Below, one piece after another: positions 58,281 through 64,000 of a DNA stretch of 64,000 nt; position 1 is the first letter of the stretch; the number at the start of each line of letters is the position of its first letter. Made by a program: the position numbers and the translations under genes. Location: positions 284 to 64,283 of the forward strand of contig JANXYP010000278.1 of NCBI GenBank assembly GCA_025355955.1, written 5' to 3'. The notes beneath the pieces are model-generated. The model was not told the origin of the DNA. It worked only from the letters and a program-made list of their open reading frames with translations, and did no database searches. Origin of the DNA: Chloroflexota bacterium. GTDB taxonomy: Bacteria > Chloroflexota > Chloroflexia > QHBQ01.

Positions 58281-59219
58281 TTGGTAGTCAAATACACCCT
58301 TACCCCAGTACATGGCAGCATCAGCTATCTACCTGGCCCGCAGAACATCGGCGTAATTGTCGGCGCAAACGATGGTGATTGCGCCATCGTCGATAGCGGC
58401 CTTACCAAAGAGAACGGCAAGGATATTCTCAAGACCTTGTGGAGTGCGGGTCTCAGTGTGAACACTATTCTCAACACCCATTCGCACGCCGACCACTTCG
58501 GCGGCAACGCCCAAATCGCCGCTTCCTCCAATGGCGGCGCGGTGCGCATCTATGCCCCGCCGGTCGAGGAAGCGTTTATGCGCTACCCTGTGCTGGAACC
58601 AACCGGCCTATTCGCCGGAGCCGCACCGATCAAGCCGCTCTACTCGCACTTTCTCTACGCCCCGCCCTCGCCGATCGACGTGGTGGTGTCGCCCGGCCCA
58701 CTGGAATTGCCTCAACTGGGCATCAGCATCGAGGTGGTAGACCTGAAGGGCCACGCCGCAGGGCAGATGGGCTATCTCGCTGGCGATGTGCTGTTCGTTG
58801 GCGACCTGCTCCTGCCTGCCCAGGTGATTGACAAGTACAAGGTGTTGTACTGCGCGGGCGTAGCCGAGCATCTCGCTTCGCTCGATCGCGCCCTGACCTA
58901 TGCCGATCGGGTTGCCGCTATCGTCCCCGGCCACTCGCCCGCGCTTACCCCTGCTGAGTTCACTGCCCTGGTCGCCATCAACCGCGCCCACTTCCTCGAC
59001 ACGCTAGACTTCATCGTAGCCCACCTGCAAGCGAATGGGCCGCAGAGCAGCGAAGCGGTGCTGCGAGCAGTCTGCGCCCACTACGATTTCAGCGTTACCA
59101 CTGCCGAGGCATACTACCTGCTTCAACCTACGATATACGCGCACCTCAGTTGCCTGCATCAGCAGGGGCGCGTCGGCTGGCAGGTGACAGATAATACGGC
59201 GCTCTGGCACTCACTATGA
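58281..59219 (+). CDS. MBL-fold metallo-hydrolase
   Basis: VDSG, THSHADHFGG, GHAAG, FVGD, PGH; TTG start after GGAGGAG. Confidence 0.9.
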   Translation: MVVKYTLTPVHGSISYLPGPQNIGVIVGANDGDCAIVDSGLTKENGKDILKTLWSAGLSVNTILNTHSHADHFGGNAQIAASSNGGAVRIYAPPVEEAFMRYPVLEPTGLFAGAAPIKPLYSHFLYAPPSPIDVVVSPGPLELPQLGISIEVVDLKGHAAGQMGYLAGDVLFVGDLLLPAQVIDKYKVLYCAGVAEHLASLDRALTYADRVAAIVPGHSPALTPAEFTALVAINRAHFLDTLDFIVAHLQANGPQSSEAVLRAVCAHYDFSVTTAEAYYLLQPTIYAHLSCLHQQGRVGWQVTDNTALWHSL

Positions 59220-60067
59220 CTCTCTGGTTGTTCCTAATTATCGTCTTTGCCACCTCGCTGACCGCCGGGCTGATTGGCGCGTTGGTGGGCATCGGTGGCG
59301 GCATCCTGATCGTGCCGCTGCTGACGATTGCGTTCGGCATTGACATCAAGTACGCAGTGGGCGCGAGCATCGTCTGCACCATCGCCACATCCAGCGGCGC
59401 GGCGGTCGCCTATTTGCGCGACCACATCATCAACCTGCGGGCGGCGATGTTTCTGGAAGTGGCGACTACGATCGGGGCAATCAGCGGCGCATTTCTCACT
59501 GGCATCCTCAATCCCAACTTCCTCTATATCCTTTTCGGTGCGGTGATGTGCGTCTCCGCCGCGTCACAGGTGTTTAAGTTCGGCGAGGAGCTGCCGCAGG
59601 GAGTGCAGAGCGATGCGCTGGCCTTGCGTCTCAAGCTGCCTAGCGAGTATCCCGACAAGAAGCTGGGGCTGGTGCGTTACAACGTTACTCGCGTGCCACT
59701 CGGCTTCGCCATAATGTACGTGGCCGGCGTTCTCTCTGGACTGCTTGGTATCGGCAGTGGCCCGTTCAAGGTGATGGCGATGGACAGCGCGATGCGGATG
59801 CCGATGAAGGTATCCAGCACTACCAGCAACTTTATGATTGGCGTGACCGCCGCCGCCAGCGCCGGGGTCTATCTGGGGCGCGGTGATGTCAACCCGCTGC
59901 TGGTCGCGCCGGTAGCGGTGGGGGTGCTGGGAGGGGCGTTGCTAGGCAGCCGCATCCTGCCGAATATGACCAATCGCGGCATCCGCAAGCTATTCGTGCC
60001 CATCCTGCTGCTAATCGCCGCACAGATGATCCTCAAAGGGTTTGGAGTGAGCTTCTTTGGCGAATGA
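59216..60067 (+). CDS. TauE/SafE sulfite-exporter family permease
   Basis: GALVGIGGGILIVP, SGLLGIGSG, TTSNFMIGVTAAASA. Confidence 0.92.
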   Translation: MTLWLFLIIVFATSLTAGLIGALVGIGGGILIVPLLTIAFGIDIKYAVGASIVCTIATSSGAAVAYLRDHIINLRAAMFLEVATTIGAISGAFLTGILNPNFLYILFGAVMCVSAASQVFKFGEELPQGVQSDALALRLKLPSEYPDKKLGLVRYNVTRVPLGFAIMYVAGVLSGLLGIGSGPFKVMAMDSAMRMPMKVSSTTSNFMIGVTAAASAGVYLGRGDVNPLLVAPVAVGVLGGALLGSRILPNMTNRGIRKLFVPILLLIAAQMILKGFGVSFFGE

Positions 60068-60515
60068 AACTAACGAGCTGAATAAGGTGCAGCCCCCCGC
60101 TCCAATAAATGAGCAGCGTGAGGCGTTCGATCTGGAGATGCTGATCGCCCGCGTGTTGCGTGTGGGCGTGTTTACCAGCGCTGGGCTGCTGGCCTTTGGC
60201 CTGATCCTCTATCTGGTGCAGCAGGCATCACAGGCGGGGCAGACGGGCGATTGGCATACCACCGTGGATTATGTAGGCCAGCACAACCAGCTATATATGC
60301 TGGGCAACCTCATCCCCGCGCTGTTCCGCTTCGAACCACTCGCCTTCGTCGAGGCCGGAGTTATCCTGCTCATCCTCACCCCGATTATGCGCGTGGCCGC
60401 CTCGGTACTGCTCTTCGCCCGCGAACGCGACCTGCTCTACGTTGGTATCACCATAATTGTGCTGGCGGTACTGCTGGTCGGCTGGTTTGCCCATTTAGGG
60501 CGGATTAAAGATTAA
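60057..60515 (+). CDS. DUF1634-like membrane protein
   Basis: IARVLRVGV, GVILLILTPIMRV; usual partner of TauE. Confidence 0.85.
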   Translation: MANETNELNKVQPPAPINEQREAFDLEMLIARVLRVGVFTSAGLLAFGLILYLVQQASQAGQTGDWHTTVDYVGQHNQLYMLGNLIPALFRFEPLAFVEAGVILLILTPIMRVAASVLLFARERDLLYVGITIIVLAVLLVGWFAHLGRIKD

Positions 60516-60588
60516 AGACCAAAGATTAAAGATGAAGTGGATTTACGTACATCCTCTTTAAACTTTAACCTTTAATCTTTAGCCCCGG

Positions 60589-61014
60589 TTGAGGAGGTGC
60601 TGGTTGGCTAATCGCATCCTAAGTGGCATTGGCGTGATACTGGCGATGTTCGGCGTGGTGGCGCTGCTGGTAGGGATACTGTTCGCCATCTCCACCGCTA
60701 TGAGTGTCGGAGGGTCAAGTAGCGCGACTGGCACCGTTATTGGCTTCAACACTGATGACAGGGGGATAAGCTATCCAGTGGTGCAGTTTCCCACTGCGCT
60801 TGCTCCTGTTACTTTCACGGTCTCGTACAGCTCGACCAATGACCCGCACCATGTGGGTGACAAGGTGGCGGTGCTGTTCAACCCCGAAACCCCCACTGCG
60901 GCGCGGGTCAATTCCTTCTTCTCGCTGTGGTATCTCCCAGTCTTCCTGCTAGGCGCGGGCGGCGTGTTGCTGCTAGTTAGCGGGGGTTTGCTGCTGCTGG
61001 CACGAAGATTTTAG
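60589..61014 (+). CDS. DUF3592-like membrane protein
   Basis: TM, ATGTVIG..YPVVQF, VGDKVAVLFNP, TM; start uncertain. Confidence 0.75.
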   Translation: MRRCWLANRILSGIGVILAMFGVVALLVGILFAISTAMSVGGSSSATGTVIGFNTDDRGISYPVVQFPTALAPVTFTVSYSSTNDPHHVGDKVAVLFNPETPTAARVNSFFSLWYLPVFLLGAGGVLLLVSGGLLLLARRF

Positions 61015-61016
61015 TG

Positions 61017-61589
61017 TCAGCTTCCGCCGGTGTAGCTGATCTCCTGCGCCGCCTCGATTATCTCATTTGTGGGCGGGTTGTCAGCGGCATCATGTGCGAT
61101 GTGGACGAAGCGGAGCGTGCCACCGTTGTCAATTACGAACACCCCGCCTAGTTGCGCCATATCCGCATCGGTGCTGCGGGCGATGCCTTGCTGGCGCAGG
61201 CTGGATAGGTTGCGTAGCCAGGTAAGCGGGTTGATTTCGTGCAGCACGCTCAACCGCCCTAGCCCGTAGCGCCGATACCCTTTGCGGCGATTATCCGATA
61301 GGATCGGGTAGGTCAGGTTGTGTTCCGCCTGATAGGCGGTGACCGCCGCATATGGGTGGGGAGTGATTACCACCAGCTTCAGGTTGGCCGCTGCGATGCG
61401 GTCATAATCTTGGCGCAACTGCGCCATCTGCGCCCTGGCATATGGTCAACCAAAGTGACGGATGAACACCAGTAGCAGCGGCTGATCGCCAAGCCAGAGC
61501 GACGATAGCTGTATGTCGTTGCCATTCGCATCCTGCACCGTTGCGTCCGGCGCGGGTTGCCCCACCTTCAACTCACTCTTATCGGCCAT
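61017..61589 (-). CDS. Peroxiredoxin-like (AhpC/TSA-2, SelL-related) selenoprotein candidate, 190 aa with UGA at codon 48
   Basis: Open from an ATG with GGAGG RBS: KVGQPAPD...LVFIRHFG-UGA-PYAR..., continuing in frame into the ORF-track 61427 ORF. Confidence 0.8.
61411..61426 (-). promoter_or_regulatory. Candidate bacterial SECIS hairpin
   Basis: UGGCGC-AGUU-GCGCCA; apical loop 25 nt after the UGA, with G at loop position 2. Confidence 0.65.
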
Positions 61590-61628
61590 CCACATCAACC
61601 TCCGATTTAATTATGTGCTGCCCCATAA

Positions 61629-61850
61629 CTATGCAAATCTGAGGCCACCGAAGGCGGCGAGAATGAACAGCACAATCGCGGCGAACATCACCAGGGCCAG
61701 CAGGGCCAGCGCAGCTAGCATCAGCCGCCACTGCCACTCGCTGACCCCCACCGCCCTCCTGCTCGGTCTGCGCGGACGCTTTACCGTACTGCTGACTGTT
61801 TCATTTGCCGCTGGTTGTGGTCGCTGCTCCTCGATCATCTGCATACCCAT
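61629..61850 (-). CDS. Small basic protein with a C-terminal TM helix
   Basis: GAGGAG RBS; RPRRPSRR then a hydrophobic helix. Confidence 0.6.
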   Translation of the reverse strand: MGMQMIEEQRPQPAANETVSSTVKRPRRPSRRAVGVSEWQWRLMLAALALLALVMFAAIVLFILAAFGGLRFA

Positions 61851-62016
61851 CTCCTCAAGCAATATAGCGCCATTATAACCCATAGCTGCGCCCCTTGCTA
61901 TGCCTTAGCCATTGTGTAAGCAAGCATTGCTGTAGATAAGCGCGAAGTTTATGCAGATTTAATGCGAACACTTCTGCGACGTAGGGTCGCTGCTCGTGAG
62001 CCAGCCTGGGGAATAT

Positions 62017-62302
62017 GGTGCGCATCACGCTCTTGCGTTGCAAGCGTTCAGTAGGGGCGAACCGTTGTTCGCCCTGGTTGGGTATGCAAGAACGTGAAGC
62101 ACACTCCTAGGAATCGGGTGTGTTATACCAATTAACCCTGGTGACGCTATAATTTCTGTAGGGGCGAACCGTTGTTCGCCCTGACCCAATTTATACCATC
62201 TGCTCGGCTAATTGGTATTACTAGTTATTGGGTAAACGTAGGGGCGGGCGGTGGCCCGCCCTGGTGAGCGAACAAGCTAACCAATAACTTGTAACACACC
62301 CC
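62017..62302. repeat. Three adjacent REP-containing composite elements
   Basis: Same families as at 1315-1505, 2951-3044 and 30257-30345. Confidence 0.8.
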
Positions 62303-62416
62303 TGAGCATCCAGCAGGTTGCCTGATAGCGGCTAGTCTGCTATGATAGAAGCTGTACAGTCATATTGTTTGCCTGCAAGTTCTAGCCAGGCCCGTTTCGG
62401 GCAGAAAAAGATAGTT

Positions 62417-63340
62417 ATGAAAGGCAATCGCATCATCATGTTCGCCGTAATGAAAAGGCTATCCTGCGTACGAGGCGTGCTTAACTCCGGCTTGCTTACC
62501 GTAGCCTACAGTCTGGTTCTGGTTAGCGTCTCGTTGGCCGCCAGTTCGACCAACTATGCGGTCAAATGGAGCCAGGCTGGAGCGGATGGCGGCGAGGGCC
62601 AGCAGTCGACCAACTACCGCTTTAGCTCCACCATCGGACAGGATATCGCGGGCCGTGGTGACAGCGCGAATTACCGCGCCAATCTTGGATATCGCCAGGC
62701 GCTCGGCGCAGTCACCCCTGGCCCGACCCATACTCCAGCCCCGCCTACGCCCACGCCGCCATGTCCTATTCCCTTTGTGGACATCAACGGCAACATCTTC
62801 TATGGGGCGGTCACCTACCTTTACTGCAATCATGCGGTCAATGGTACTGATGCCAGCCACTACTCGCCCGCTGGCACTTCTACCCGCGGCCAATTCGCCA
62901 AAGTGGTGGTGCTAGGCTTCGGCTTGACCTTCTACACCCCCTCTGGTGGTAGCCAGGACTTCCACGATGTACCACCCGGCTACTTCGCCTACCTCTACAT
63001 CGAGACTGGCTTCCACGCCGGTATCCTCAGCGGCTTCGATGCTGGCAGTTGCGCCAGGCATGGCGTGCAATATCCTTGCTACCTGCCCAACGTACCCATC
63101 ACTCGCGGGCAGCTTACCAAGCTGGTGGTCGGTGCGGCGCATTACCCGCTGTTCACCCCCGCTGGTGGGCAGTCAACCTTCAGCGACGTGCCGCCCAACA
63201 ATGTCTTCTTCATCAGCATCGAAACGGCCCACCACAAGGGCGTGATCAACGGCTATCCCGATCACACCTTCCGCCCCAACAACAACATCCGCCGCGACGA
63301 GATGGCCCAGATCGTCTTCAAAGGGGTAACTACGCCGTAG
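62417..63340 (+). CDS. Secreted S-layer homology (SLH) domain protein
   Basis: Signal peptide, P/T linker, three SLH-like repeats (TRGQFAKVVV, TRGQLTKLVV, RRDEMAQIV). Confidence 0.88.
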   Translation: MKGNRIIMFAVMKRLSCVRGVLNSGLLTVAYSLVLVSVSLAASSTNYAVKWSQAGADGGEGQQSTNYRFSSTIGQDIAGRGDSANYRANLGYRQALGAVTPGPTHTPAPPTPTPPCPIPFVDINGNIFYGAVTYLYCNHAVNGTDASHYSPAGTSTRGQFAKVVVLGFGLTFYTPSGGSQDFHDVPPGYFAYLYIETGFHAGILSGFDAGSCARHGVQYPCYLPNVPITRGQLTKLVVGAAHYPLFTPAGGQSTFSDVPPNNVFFISIETAHHKGVINGYPDHTFRPNNNIRRDEMAQIVFKGVTTP

Positions 63341-63399
63341 CGGTGGTGAGGTTTGAGGACTGAGGAGTGAGGTTTGAGGACTGAGTAAGAGCAAAGCAT

Positions 63400-63882
63400 A
63401 TGAGTCATCCCGAACTTTGCAAGGCGCAAGCGGTGAAAGACTAAGAGCTTATCCGGAAAACGCCAAAACAGGGCTTTTCTGTGCGCGGACGCAAGCCACA
63501 TGACAGTTTTTCGGATAAGCTCTTAGAGCTTATCCGAAAAGGGCGAACAACGGTTCGCCCCTACGAACAACGGGCGGATTTTCGGATAAGCTCTAATATT
63601 ACAGCCTCAGTTGCCAGGCAAGATGACGTAGATACGATTGGCTTTGACACAGGGCGGCAGGGCGTATGCGATTCGCCCCTACACCAATCTGGCGCATTTA
63701 TGCCAGCTGAGGCTGTAATACTAAGCCCCCAGCGGGGGTTGGGGGAGAAAGCTCGAAGCTCAAGACAGGTAAGTCGTAACCATTCACTCTGTGCCGTGCA
63801 ATACCCTTACCCTGACTGCCAGTCAAGATTTCTCCCCCAACCCCCGCTGGGGGCTTTTTGCTTAATGTTCGGGATGACTCAT
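63400..63882. mobile_element. 483-bp region bounded by 16-bp perfect inverted repeats, containing nested MITEs
   Basis: ATGAGTCATCCCGAAC / GTTCGGGATGACTCAT; inside are two GAGCTTATCCG elements, REPs and the 63723-63856 MITE. Confidence 0.7.
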
Positions 63883-64000
63883 GTTTGCGTGTTCCTAGTT
63901 ATTGTCGAGGTCGCGCAGCCCGGACATCACCGCCCGTTAACCTTGTCGGGCTGGATTATATACATCAAGCGGTTCTTTGACACACCGCCAAAGTCCTGAT

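Noticed and set aside
63481-63999. 172-aa ORF as a transposase remnant
   Set aside because: It is a translation of stacked repeats with no DDE or HUH motif

Overview
GC-rich (about 60% by eye) bacterial chromosomal window, most likely Chloroflexota/Chloroflexia. That assignment is inference from the SLH-type secreted protein, the Get3/ArsA-HSP20 ATPase and the DnaE-type C-terminal domain. It carries about 60 mostly housekeeping genes: ppa, trxA, trxB, alkA, a sigma-70 and an ECF sigma, three ABC systems including a CelR-box cellodextrin/GH1 operon, and glycosyltransferases. No rRNA, tRNA, CRISPR, integrase or transposase was seen. Intergenic DNA is full of a GTAGGGGCG...CGCCCCTAC REP-type hairpin, several non-autonomous MITE families (some nested, some inserted in frame in genes) and heptamer tandem repeats. 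Most notable: (1) an intact 933-codon DnaE paralog that has lost its PDxD catalytic motif; (2) a selenoprotein candidate missed by the ORF track (peroxiredoxin-like, in-frame UGA plus SECIS-like hairpin); (3) a phage-free MazG/XRE/ImmA-IrrE switch with back-to-back promoters, an operator array and an SOS-like box driving a small membrane protein; (4) five tandem membrane proteins, three sharing a WQPDxDxDY motif; (5) a duplicated promoter plus structured-RNA cassette; (6) a DUF4258-like toxin split by a 46-bp tandem duplication; (7) an EcoRI-family R-M pair. All calls are by-eye motif recognition with no database searches, and the start codons are my best reading.
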